A stretch of 64,000 nucleotides of DNA. It comes from an uncultured Pelagibacteraceae bacterium (GTDB taxonomy: Bacteria > Pseudomonadota > Alphaproteobacteria > Pelagibacterales > Pelagibacteraceae). The stretch is from the NCBI GenBank assembly GCA_902520695.1, contig CABYOT010000006.1, positions 5,996-69,995 on the forward strand, read 5' to 3'. Positions 29,469-38,155 of this stretch are shown here, in pieces. Below the pieces are notes generated by a model that was not told the DNA's origin, did not search any database, and saw only the letters and a program-made list of their open reading frames with translations. Both the position numbers and the translations under genes were made by a program. Numbering within the stretch: the stretch's first letter is position 1; the number at the start of each line of letters is the position of its first letter.

Positions 29469-30611
29469 ATGGATGGACCATTAAAAAATTTACTAGTTGT
29501 TGATTTAACAAGGGTTTTGGTAGGACCTTATTGTACGATGATACTCTCAGATTTAGGTGCGAGAGTAATAAAAATTGAAGCCCCTGAGACAGGTGACGAT
29601 TCTAGAAAATTTGGACCTTTTGTTAAGGATTACTCTGCATACTTTATGTCATTAAATAGAGGTAAAGAAAGTATAGCTTTGAATTTGAAGAATGATGAGG
29701 ACAAAAAAATTTTTGATAAAATTTTATCTAAAGCAGATATTTTGGTTGAAAATTTTAAACCTGGCACTTTAGAAAAGTGGGGTTTTGGTTGGAAAGATGT
29801 AAGTAAAAAGTACCCTAAATTAATTTATGCATCAGCATCTGGTTTTGGACAAACGGGACCTTTAAAAGAGCTTCCGGCATATGACATGGTGGTCCAAGGT
29901 ATGGGTGGCTTGATGAGTGTAACAGGCCATCCACATTCAGAACCAACAAGAGTTGGAACCTCTATTGGAGATATCACTGCAGGTCTATTTACAGCAATTG
30001 GAATTAATGCAGCTTTGTATGACAGACAAAAAACTGGCAAAGGAGCTTTTATAGATGTCTCAATGTTAGATTGCCAAATAGCAATTTTAGAAAATGCAAT
30101 TGCAAGATATCTTTCCAAAAATGAAATTCCAGGACCAATGGGTTCAAGACATCCATCTATTGCTCCCTTTGAAGCTTTTAAAACTAAAGATAGTTACATA
30201 ATTATTGCTGCAGGAAATGATAAACTTTTTACAAAACTATGTGACGTATTAAAAATTCCTGAGACTTCAAATGATGAGAGGTTTAATACTAATTCATTGA
30301 GATGTGAAAATATGGATCAACTAAAAGAAATTTTTGAAAAACAATTAAGTTCAAAATCTACAAATGAATGGGTAAAAGAAATGGAAGCATTAAAAATTCC
30401 ATGTGGACCAATTTTTAATATCAAGCAAGCTGTAGAAAATCCTCAAATTCAAGAAAGAAATATGATTGTAAAATCATACCACAAAATTATTGGTGAATTT
30501 AAATCTGCAGGGAACCCTATCAAAATATCTACCTATAAAGATGAAAATACTAGGGGTAATATTCCTGATTTAGATGAACACAGGGAAAAAATAATAAAGG
30601 AATTTAGTTAA
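29469..30611 (+). CDS. Class III CoA-transferase (CaiB/BaiF family)
   Basis: VDLTRVLVGPYCTMILSDLGARVIKIE, NRGKES, ENFKPG, SGFGQTGP, YDMVVQ (catalytic Asp). Confidence 0.93.
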   Translation: MDGPLKNLLVVDLTRVLVGPYCTMILSDLGARVIKIEAPETGDDSRKFGPFVKDYSAYFMSLNRGKESIALNLKNDEDKKIFDKILSKADILVENFKPGTLEKWGFGWKDVSKKYPKLIYASASGFGQTGPLKELPAYDMVVQGMGGLMSVTGHPHSEPTRVGTSIGDITAGLFTAIGINAALYDRQKTGKGAFIDVSMLDCQIAILENAIARYLSKNEIPGPMGSRHPSIAPFEAFKTKDSYIIIAAGNDKLFTKLCDVLKIPETSNDERFNTNSLRCENMDQLKEIFEKQLSSKSTNEWVKEMEALKIPCGPIFNIKQAVENPQIQERNMIVKSYHKIIGEFKSAGNPIKISTYKDENTRGNIPDLDEHREKIIKEFS

Positions 30612-30612
30612 T

Positions 30613-31131
30613 TTATTCTTGGTTTTCTGTTTCGTCTGGTACAGTCGCTTCTTGATCATTCATTTCATCTAATGAAACATCAGATTCTTCTTCTTGTGTT
30701 TCTTCATCGAGTTCAGACGAAGGTTGTTCAACTGTATTTTGTAGCTCTGCCAAGTCATCTTTAGATACTTGAATTTTTTCTGGAATTTTTCTAGCTCTCT
30801 TAGATGGAAGGATAGGTACACCACTTTTTGAAATTTCTCCTTTGTAAAGATTTTCAAAATCATCACCAATATCATCTTCGTCCTCAGATGAATCATCAAC
30901 CTGATCAACATGTTTTCTTAACTTATAAATTGCAGCATCAGTCAAATCTGGGACCTTAATTGTCTCTTCAGCGATTTCTCTTAATGCTATAACAGTGTTT
31001 TTGTCATTATCTCTATCTAAAGTAGGTTCTAATCCCGAATTAAGTTGTGTGGCTCTTTCTTTTGCAACCAGAACTAGCTCATAAGGACTATCTACTTTAT
31101 CTATACAATCTTCTACTGTAACTCTTGCCAT
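30613..31131 (-). CDS. rpoZ: RNA polymerase omega subunit with long acidic C-terminal tail
   Basis: [33 protein letters not shown]; start taken at ATG 31131 (172 aa). Confidence 0.95.
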   Translation of the reverse strand: MARVTVEDCIDKVDSPYELVLVAKERATQLNSGLEPTLDRDNDKNTVIALREIAEETIKVPDLTDAAIYKLRKHVDQVDDSSEDEDDIGDDFENLYKGEISKSGVPILPSKRARKIPEKIQVSKDDLAELQNTVEQPSSELDEETQEEESDVSLDEMNDQEATVPDETENQE

Positions 31132-31138
31132 GGACGGT

Positions 31139-31167
31139 TTGATACACCTCGATTGTGAAAAAATCAA
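31139..31167 (-). promoter_or_regulatory. Putative (near-)leaderless promoter of rpoZ
   Basis: TTGATT, 17 nt, TATCAA, 7 nt, ATG; no Shine-Dalgarno. Confidence 0.45.
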
Positions 31168-31173
31168 GCAGTA

Positions 31174-32382
31174 TTAGATATAAACTGGGTTTAATTTTTT
31201 TCTAATGGTGAAAAGCAAGGCTATAGAGCACGCAATAGCAATTGCTGCAATAAATGCGATTTTTTCAATTGAAAATCCAGCATCTATAAAAAAGCCAAAT
31301 AATGCTGTACCAAAAGCAGTTGCGAATACCATTAAAGCAGTAGTCAAAGCTTTAATAGATCCAATATATTTTACCCCATAAATTTCTGCCCACGTTGATG
31401 ATCCTAATATGTTTGCTAGACCGTTTGATATTCCTACAAGTCCAAGAAATAAAAAAGCAGTTTGTGGAGCATCAAAATATATGATGACTAAAGTTCCTAA
31501 AAATAATGGAATATTCATATAGATTAGTAATTTTCTACTTGTAAACTTATCAATTAAATAACCAGCAACAATTAAAGTAATTACAGAAAAAATTGAGTAA
31601 GACATAAAAGATTGGGCAATTGTATATTCACCCCACCCTTTTGAATTAGTGACGAATGATTGATACACAAATATTCCTGTAGCTATCCAGGGCATTGCCA
31701 ACATGTTTAATGAAACAATATAAAATCTATAATCTCCAAGAACTTCTATTCTTTTCCAGTTTTTTATATTTTCTTCTTTTAAAATTTTGTTTTGACTACC
31801 CTCTCTAGTATCTAATTTGACATCTTTAACTAAAATATAAGATGCCAACGGTAAGCAAATTAAAATTATTAAAGAAAAGATTACCCATAAATCCTGCCAA
31901 ACTATAAGAGTTAAAAGATAAACGATTAATACAGGCATTAAGAACTCTGCAGAAGATAAACCAAACCAAATAATGCTTAATGCTTTACCTCTAGATTTTG
32001 TAAAATATCTTGAAATGGTAGTTGAAGCTGTATGAGACATTAATCCTTGTCCAGAAAACCTCATTAAAAAAATTGCAACAAATAGAAAAGCTACTGAAGA
32101 TGTTTTGGAAAAGAAAAAAGAAGAAAATGATAAAAGTATAGTAACAAAAATTGCAAATTTAAGTACGTTTACATCATCAATTTTTTTTCCAATCCATATT
32201 AGAAGTAAACTACTAAATAGAGTAGCTGATGCATAAATCGTGCCAAATTGTCCATGTGTAATAGAAAGTGTTTCTCTTATGCTTGAATTGAATAAACCTA
32301 TAAAAAAACTCTGTCCAAAACATGAAAAAAATGTAAAAATAAATCCAAAAATAATTACTTTTAAACTTAAATTTTTAAACAT
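31174..32382 (-). CDS. MFS transporter
   Basis: About 12 TM helices; GKKIDD and GYLIDKF loop motifs, RFSGQG, SRYF..RGKALS. Confidence 0.88.
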   Translation of the reverse strand: MFKNLSLKVIIFGFIFTFFSCFGQSFFIGLFNSSIRETLSITHGQFGTIYASATLFSSLLLIWIGKKIDDVNVLKFAIFVTILLSFSSFFFSKTSSVAFLFVAIFLMRFSGQGLMSHTASTTISRYFTKSRGKALSIIWFGLSSAEFLMPVLIVYLLTLIVWQDLWVIFSLIILICLPLASYILVKDVKLDTREGSQNKILKEENIKNWKRIEVLGDYRFYIVSLNMLAMPWIATGIFVYQSFVTNSKGWGEYTIAQSFMSYSIFSVITLIVAGYLIDKFTSRKLLIYMNIPLFLGTLVIIYFDAPQTAFLFLGLVGISNGLANILGSSTWAEIYGVKYIGSIKALTTALMVFATAFGTALFGFFIDAGFSIEKIAFIAAIAIACSIALLFTIRKKLNPVYI

Positions 32383-32393
32383 ATATATATTTT

Positions 32394-33269
32394 ATGACTT
32401 GTAATGTTGCTTTCATAGGTCTCGGGGTAATGGGTTATCCGATGGCTGGTTATATATCAAAAGCTGGGCACAATGTAACTGTTTTTAATAGAACAACTGC
32501 TAAAGCTGAAAAATGGATTACTGAATATAATGGTAAAATGGCCTCAACACCAAAAGAAGCTGCAGAAGGTGCTGATTTTATTTTTACTTGTGTGGGTAAC
32601 GATGAGGATCTGAAACAAGTTACTTTAGGTGAAAACGGTTTATTTCATAGTGCTAAGGAGGGTTCAATCTACGTAGATAATTCAACTGTATCTGCAGAAG
32701 TATCGAGAGAACTTTATAGTAAAGCAAAAGAAAAAGGATTTGCATTTTTAGATGCACCAATTTCTGGAGGTCAATCAGGTGCTGAAGGTGGAATTCTAAC
32801 AGTTATGGTTGGAGGTGATGAAGAGGTTTTCAAAAAGGCTGAACCAGTAATTGATTGCTATAGTAAAAAAGTAAAATTAATTGGTCCATCAGGAAGTGGT
32901 CAACTAACCAAAATGATGAATCAAATGTGTATTGCAGGAGTTGTTCAAGGTTTATCAGAGGCTATTAATTTTGGTATAAATGCTGGATTAGATATTGATA
33001 AGGTTATGGAAACAATATCAAAAGGTGCTGCTCAATCTTGGCAAATGGAAAACAGATATAAAACTATGGTTGAGGATAAATTTGATTATGGTTTTGCAGT
33101 TGATTGGATGAGAAAAGATTTAAAAATTGTAATTGAAGAAGCAAAACGAAATGGTTCACCGGTCCCAATTACTGAAATAGTTGATGAATATTATGCTGAT
33201 GTTCAAAAAATGGGTGGAAATCGTTGGGATAGTTCTAGTCTGATCGCTAGGCTTAAAAAAAAGAAATAA
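32394..33269 (+). CDS. NAD(P)-dependent beta-hydroxyacid dehydrogenase (3-hydroxyisobutyrate/tartronate semialdehyde reductase family)
   Basis: FIGLGVMGYPMA, FLDAPISGG, GSGQLTKMMNQ (catalytic Lys), FAVDWMRKDL. Confidence 0.9.
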   Translation: MTCNVAFIGLGVMGYPMAGYISKAGHNVTVFNRTTAKAEKWITEYNGKMASTPKEAAEGADFIFTCVGNDEDLKQVTLGENGLFHSAKEGSIYVDNSTVSAEVSRELYSKAKEKGFAFLDAPISGGQSGAEGGILTVMVGGDEEVFKKAEPVIDCYSKKVKLIGPSGSGQLTKMMNQMCIAGVVQGLSEAINFGINAGLDIDKVMETISKGAAQSWQMENRYKTMVEDKFDYGFAVDWMRKDLKIVIEEAKRNGSPVPITEIVDEYYADVQKMGGNRWDSSSLIARLKKKK

Positions 33270-33273
33270 TCCA

Positions 33274-33879
33274 ATGTCAAATGCTGTCCCATACTATGAG
33301 GACTTTTCTGAAATAAAGAAAAAAATATGGTCTATGCTTGATGATGCTGTAACGAATAGATCATCTCCTTTTAGGATTCCAGTTTTTGTTTGTGGAGATC
33401 AATCAGAATTTGATGGAAGAATAGTAGTTCTTAGAAAATCTGACCAATCAAATAATCTTCTTCAGTTTCATAGTGATATTAGATCAGATAAAATTCCAAA
33501 ATTAAAAAAAAACAGCAGTGCAGCGCTCATATTCTATGACAAAGAAGAAAAGATTCAGCTTAGAGTAAAAGTTAAATGTGTTGTCAATCATGACAATGAA
33601 ATCACAGAACAATCATGGTCAAAAACAGCTCATGTAAGTCGTAAATGTTATTTAGTAAATAATGGTCCTGGAACAGAAATTGATGAACCAGGATCTGGTT
33701 TAGATGATGAAATAGAAAAATCAGGCTTTAACATGGAACAAAGCGAAGAAGGTTATAAAAACTTTACCGTAATTCAATGCAACATTGAAAAAATTGAGTG
33801 GCTTTATCTTGCAGCAAAAGGTCATAGAAGAGCAAGATTTGATATTACAAGTAATAAACAAAGCTGGCTAATTCCGTAA
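33274..33879 (+). CDS. Pyridoxamine 5'-phosphate oxidase-like FMN-binding protein
   Basis: RIVVLR, FHSDIRSDK, FYD..KIQLR, IEWLYL...GHRRA. Confidence 0.8.
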   Translation: MSNAVPYYEDFSEIKKKIWSMLDDAVTNRSSPFRIPVFVCGDQSEFDGRIVVLRKSDQSNNLLQFHSDIRSDKIPKLKKNSSAALIFYDKEEKIQLRVKVKCVVNHDNEITEQSWSKTAHVSRKCYLVNNGPGTEIDEPGSGLDDEIEKSGFNMEQSEEGYKNFTVIQCNIEKIEWLYLAAKGHRRARFDITSNKQSWLIP

Positions 33880-33881
33880 AA

Positions 33882-34082
33882 ATGTTAAGTGGATTTATTA
33901 TTGCTGTAGCACTTGTTTTGGGTGGCTTAGCTGTAATGAGATTTGGTATTTTCCAAATCAGAAAATTTAAAAAGGGTGAAACTAGAGTTACTAAGAAAGT
34001 TAGTGAACAAATAGCTTTTTTAATATTTTTTATAATTATTTTAGGATTAATTATTTACTCAGTTAATGACCTTCTTTTCTGA
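33882..34082 (+). CDS. Small hypothetical membrane protein (2 TM)
   Basis: Two hydrophobic segments joined by a basic loop; fills the gap. Confidence 0.6.
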   Translation: MLSGFIIAVALVLGGLAVMRFGIFQIRKFKKGETRVTKKVSEQIAFLIFFIIILGLIIYSVNDLLF

Positions 34083-34096
34083 AGATTGGTTAAGGA

Positions 34097-34966
34097 TTAA
34101 CTAAAAATATATTGAATTTTTAAGTTCTTACTCGGTAAGATTTTTTTTACGACTCTTTTATATTTACTTAACTTTTCATAAAATTCTCCAGAACTCATTT
34201 TAAAAGTCTGCTCAAATGCTTTTTCCCATTTTCTGTGCTTTGCTCTCTCAATCCAAAAATCTTTAAAAACTAATTGAAAAGCTTGTTGTTCAGAAAAATT
34301 ATTTTTCTTTAGTTCATTTACTAATACTAGCACCATAAAGGCAGAGCCTGTATAATTGCCATCCATTCCTCTTTTATTTGACGTTTTGTGTTTTTCGTAA
34401 AGGCTAGGTTCTTTTAAAACCTTTTTACTCCACATTTCTTTTCTTTGAAGATCATTTTTTAAACTGTCTTTTCCATAATATTGTTTCACATACATTTCTT
34501 CAAAAACTTTTGCTCCTCCTTCCGTTAACCACTTTGGTGAGTCTCTGTCTGATAGTTTATTTTCTGAGAGTGATATTTGATAAACATGAAAATATTCATG
34601 AGCAATTACAGAATAACGGTGTATATATTTTTTTGCTAATTCTTTACTTGGTATTTCTATCTGCATCCATCTAGTTGAACCATCACCGCAAATACATGAA
34701 CCTTTCATATTATTCTTAACTTCTGGAAAAGGATTTTTTGTACTTTTCCAAGCATAGATATCCATTCCTGGACTTTTGAGATAATCATTCATATTATTTT
34801 GAATAGGTAGAACTTCTTGTAAAACATCCATTATATTCTTGAATTCAGTTACCCATTTTTTTGGTAAATTTTCATGAATATTGTATCTAAACTCAAATTT
34901 TTCATTAGCCACTGCAGTATTCAGAGATATTAATAAAGCGATAAAAATTATAAATACTTTTCTCAT
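34097..34966 (-). CDS. Secreted HExxH protein, putative gluzincin-like metallopeptidase
   Basis: Signal peptide; SVIAHEYFHVYQ followed by PKWLTEG. Confidence 0.65.
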   Translation of the reverse strand: MRKVFIIFIALLISLNTAVANEKFEFRYNIHENLPKKWVTEFKNIMDVLQEVLPIQNNMNDYLKSPGMDIYAWKSTKNPFPEVKNNMKGSCICGDGSTRWMQIEIPSKELAKKYIHRYSVIAHEYFHVYQISLSENKLSDRDSPKWLTEGGAKVFEEMYVKQYYGKDSLKNDLQRKEMWSKKVLKEPSLYEKHKTSNKRGMDGNYTGSAFMVLVLVNELKKNNFSEQQAFQLVFKDFWIERAKHRKWEKAFEQTFKMSSGEFYEKLSKYKRVVKKILPSKNLKIQYIFS

Positions 34967-35553
34967 TTAGATATATTTTTGTCATTTAATTCTATCATCG
35001 CTTTTCCTGGAGCAAAAGTATAATCGTTATCATCCATTAATTTTCCATTTTTCATATTATATAATTTCCAATTAAATTTAAGATTGCTATTTTGATTTTT
35101 TCCTAATTTTAAAATTGTTAATTCAATTTTTCTAGGTTTCCCCCCAGAAGACCCTTCAAAAGACCTGGTTTCTCCCTCTTTCCAAATTCCCAAGGGAAAT
35201 TTACATCCGTTTTCAATTATTCTACCACCACGTCTACTATCCCAAATTCTTCCTATGCATTGTCCATCGTTAGTTACAGTAAATAGCTGGGTTTTGAGAC
35301 CACTTTGCCCTTTTCTTGTTCTTTTATAAACTTTTATTTTTTCTCCAGTTTCTGGATGATGCCAGTCTTCGGGACCTATAATTTTCTTTTTTTTCTTTTC
35401 GCCAAACACCAAATTAGCATTTGTAAATTTAATTTCTGTATCATTTCTAATTTTTCCACCTGTGAAAAGCTCTAAAGGTATAAATCTTTCAAAAGCTTGG
35501 GAGAATTGAGTTAATAAAACTAATATTATAAAACTATAAAAAAGTTTTTTCAT
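34963..35553 (-). CDS. Hypothetical exported protein
   Basis: MKKLFYSFIILVLL..SQA signal peptide from ATG 35553 (TAATG overlap); two Cys. Confidence 0.65.
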   Translation of the reverse strand: MKKLFYSFIILVLLTQFSQAFERFIPLELFTGGKIRNDTEIKFTNANLVFGEKKKKKIIGPEDWHHPETGEKIKVYKRTRKGQSGLKTQLFTVTNDGQCIGRIWDSRRGGRIIENGCKFPLGIWKEGETRSFEGSSGGKPRKIELTILKLGKNQNSNLKFNWKLYNMKNGKLMDDNDYTFAPGKAMIELNDKNISK

Positions 35554-36065
35554 TAAAAAATAGACTTTGAATATTTTTTCCAATTTTCTTGGTACCTAAT
35601 TGCGTTTTGTTTTATTGCATCAATTTCACCATCAGTGCACTGCCTTATTACTTTTCCAGGTGATCCCATTACTAAAGAATTGTCTGGAATTTCTTTATTT
35701 TCTGTAATTAATGATTTGGCTCCAATGATACAATTTTTTCCAATTTTTGCTTTGTTAAGAACTACAGCTCCGATTCCAATTAAAGAATTATCGTCAATTG
35801 TGCAGCCATGAAGCATTACTAAATGACCTATGGTTACATTACTTCCAATTTTTAAAGGATATCCCGGATCAGTATGCAAAACACTTCCGTCTTGAACATT
35901 TGACCCTTCTCCTAAATAAATATTTTCTATATCACCTCTTAATGTTGCATTAAACCAGACACTAGAGTTTTTATCTAATGTTACATCACCAATTATAACA
36001 GCGTTTGGTGCTACCCAATTTTCGCCAAGGTTTTTTGGTTTTTTATCTTTTAAATCGTAAAACAT
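35553..36065 (-). CDS. Gamma carbonic anhydrase family (YrdA/CaiE-like)
   Basis: IIGDV, LRGD, SNVQDGSVLH, TIGHLVMLHGC, LVMGSPGK. Confidence 0.92.
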   Translation of the reverse strand: MFYDLKDKKPKNLGENWVAPNAVIIGDVTLDKNSSVWFNATLRGDIENIYLGEGSNVQDGSVLHTDPGYPLKIGSNVTIGHLVMLHGCTIDDNSLIGIGAVVLNKAKIGKNCIIGAKSLITENKEIPDNSLVMGSPGKVIRQCTDGEIDAIKQNAIRYQENWKKYSKSIF

Positions 36066-36085
36066 AAATTATATATTCTTTTATC

Positions 36086-36637
36086 ATGGCATTAACAAAA
36101 ACACCAATATGTGACTTTGGAAAAAAAGCTGATAACTTTGAACTAAAATCAATAGATAATAAATTAGTTTCCTTAAATGATGTGAAAGGAGAAAATGGAA
36201 CACTTATAATGTTTATCTGTAATCACTGTCCTTATGTTTTGGCAGTTATTAAAAATATTGTTGAGGACTGTAAAGAATTAGAAATCGATGGAATTAAATC
36301 TATAGCAATAATGTCAAATGATCCAAAAAGATATGAGGAAGATTCATTCGATAATATGGTTAAATTCTCAAAAAATTATAGTTTTAATTTTCCATATGTA
36401 ATAGATGAAACTCAAGAAGTAGCAAAAACTTATGGTGCAGTCTGCACTCCTGATTTTTTTGGATACAATAAAGATCTTGAGCTTCAATACAGAGGAAGAA
36501 TAAGAGAATTACAAAACTTAAAACCTACTAAAAATGGAGACAGTGAACTTAAAAAAGCTATGAAAATGATTGCAAAATCCAACAAAGGTCCAAATGAACA
36601 GTTTCCAAGTATGGGCTGCAGTATCAAGTGGTTTTAA
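36086..36637 (+). CDS. Thioredoxin-fold AhpC/TSA family protein
   Basis: FICNHCPYV, FPYVIDETQEVA, YGAVCTPDFF, PSMGCSIKW. Confidence 0.88.
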   Translation: MALTKTPICDFGKKADNFELKSIDNKLVSLNDVKGENGTLIMFICNHCPYVLAVIKNIVEDCKELEIDGIKSIAIMSNDPKRYEEDSFDNMVKFSKNYSFNFPYVIDETQEVAKTYGAVCTPDFFGYNKDLELQYRGRIRELQNLKPTKNGDSELKKAMKMIAKSNKGPNEQFPSMGCSIKWF

Positions 36638-36643
36638 TAAATA

Positions 36644-37726
36644 ATGTATTTATTAATTACTAGAACTTTTCCACCAGAGTTAGGGGGTATGCAAAATCTC
36701 ATGTGGGGATTGGCAAGATCTCTTGCAAAACTTAATTTAATAAAAGTATTTGCAGATTATCACGAAAATCACGAAGAATTTGATAGTTCTGTTTCATTTT
36801 CAATTGAAAGAGTTAGTGGAATGAAGCTAATTAGAAAATATCGAAAATCTTATTTGATAAATGATTATATTGAAAATAATAAAAATGTAGAGTGTATAAT
36901 TGCTGATCATTGGAAAAGTTTAGAACTAATCAAAACAAATAAAAAGAAAATCTGTCTAATTCATTCAAAAGAAATAAATCACCCTAAAGGCTCTGGATTA
37001 AATAAGAAAGTTTTATCAGTTTTAAATAATTTAGATCATGTTGTTGCTAATTCAAATTATACAAAAAACTTAGCTATAGACTTAGGCGTAGATGAAAAAA
37101 AAATAGTTGTTATAAATCCTGGAATTGATCCAGTAATTGAAGTTCCAAAAAAATATTTAGATGAAGCTGAAGAAATATTAAAGGGTAAGAAAAATAGACT
37201 AATTACAGTTTCAAGATTTGATAAAAGAAAAAATCACGAAAAAGTAATTATGGCTGTTAGAAACCTAAAAGAAATTTATCCGGATATAATTTATACATGC
37301 ATCGGGTATGGAGATGAGGAAGAAAAATTAAAAAAATTAGTCATAGAACTTAATCTTAATAATCAGGTAACTTTTTTAAAAGATATTCCATCGGATTTAA
37401 AAAATGCTCTTTTAGCTAAATCAAATATTTTTGTAATGCCATCCATAATTTATAAAAAATCAGTTGAAGGTTTTGGGATAGCCTATGTTGAAGCTGCCCA
37501 ATATGGTATTCCATCTATTGGAGGTAAAGATGGAGGAGCTTCAGATGCCATAATACATGAAAAAACTGGTTTAATATGCGATGGTAACAAACTAGAAGAT
37601 ATTTACGCAAGTATAGATAATCTTTTTAAAGAAAATAAATATCTAGAGTATGGCAAAGAAGCAAAAATTAATTCTACAAACTTTCTATGGGATAAGATAA
37701 TTGAAAAATATAAGAGAATCTTATAA
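36644..37726 (+). CDS. Glycosyltransferase family 4
   Basis: FPPELGGMQ, VSRFDKRKN, EGFGIAYVEAAQYG, GGASDA. Confidence 0.92.
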   Translation: MYLLITRTFPPELGGMQNLMWGLARSLAKLNLIKVFADYHENHEEFDSSVSFSIERVSGMKLIRKYRKSYLINDYIENNKNVECIIADHWKSLELIKTNKKKICLIHSKEINHPKGSGLNKKVLSVLNNLDHVVANSNYTKNLAIDLGVDEKKIVVINPGIDPVIEVPKKYLDEAEEILKGKKNRLITVSRFDKRKNHEKVIMAVRNLKEIYPDIIYTCIGYGDEEEKLKKLVIELNLNNQVTFLKDIPSDLKNALLAKSNIFVMPSIIYKKSVEGFGIAYVEAAQYGIPSIGGKDGGASDAIIHEKTGLICDGNKLEDIYASIDNLFKENKYLEYGKEAKINSTNFLWDKIIEKYKRIL

Positions 37727-37735
37727 AATATAAAT

Positions 37736-38155
37736 ATGATTGCAAAGTTTAATAACATTTTTTACTTAATTATCTTTCTTGCACATTTTATAGGAATAGC
37801 TGCATATTGTTTTCAAACAATTGCTGGAACCAAAAAATTTATGGATAAGTTTGGTATAGATCATAGTGCAGCTGTAATGGTTAGATTTGTTGGAGCACTA
37901 ATGCTTGGTTGGGTAATAATGGCTATTTATATAATGTTTGTTAGACCAAATGGAGTTGAGGGTACTTGGGCATTTTTTAATTTAATATTTATTATACATG
38001 CATGTGTTTTAGGAACAAATTTCTACTCGCTTAAAATTGATAAAACTGGTCTTAATGAAAAAGTTACAAATGAAGGCATTATAGCACCCACAGTCTTTTT
38101 AATTATGATGGCTATACTTTGTTACGGTTTATCAGATAAAATTTATATTACTTAA
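37736..38155 (+). CDS. Hypothetical membrane protein (about 4 TM)
   Basis: Hydrophobic segments; co-directional with the GT4 gene. Confidence 0.7.
   Translation: MIAKFNNIFYLIIFLAHFIGIAAYCFQTIAGTKKFMDKFGIDHSAAVMVRFVGALMLGWVIMAIYIMFVRPNGVEGTWAFFNLIFIIHACVLGTNFYSLKIDKTGLNEKVTNEGIIAPTVFLIMMAILCYGLSDKIYIT

Noticed and set aside
30669-30911. 80-aa same-strand alternate-frame ORF within rpoZ
   Set aside because: It is a by-product of the low-complexity acidic tail codons, with no initiation signal.
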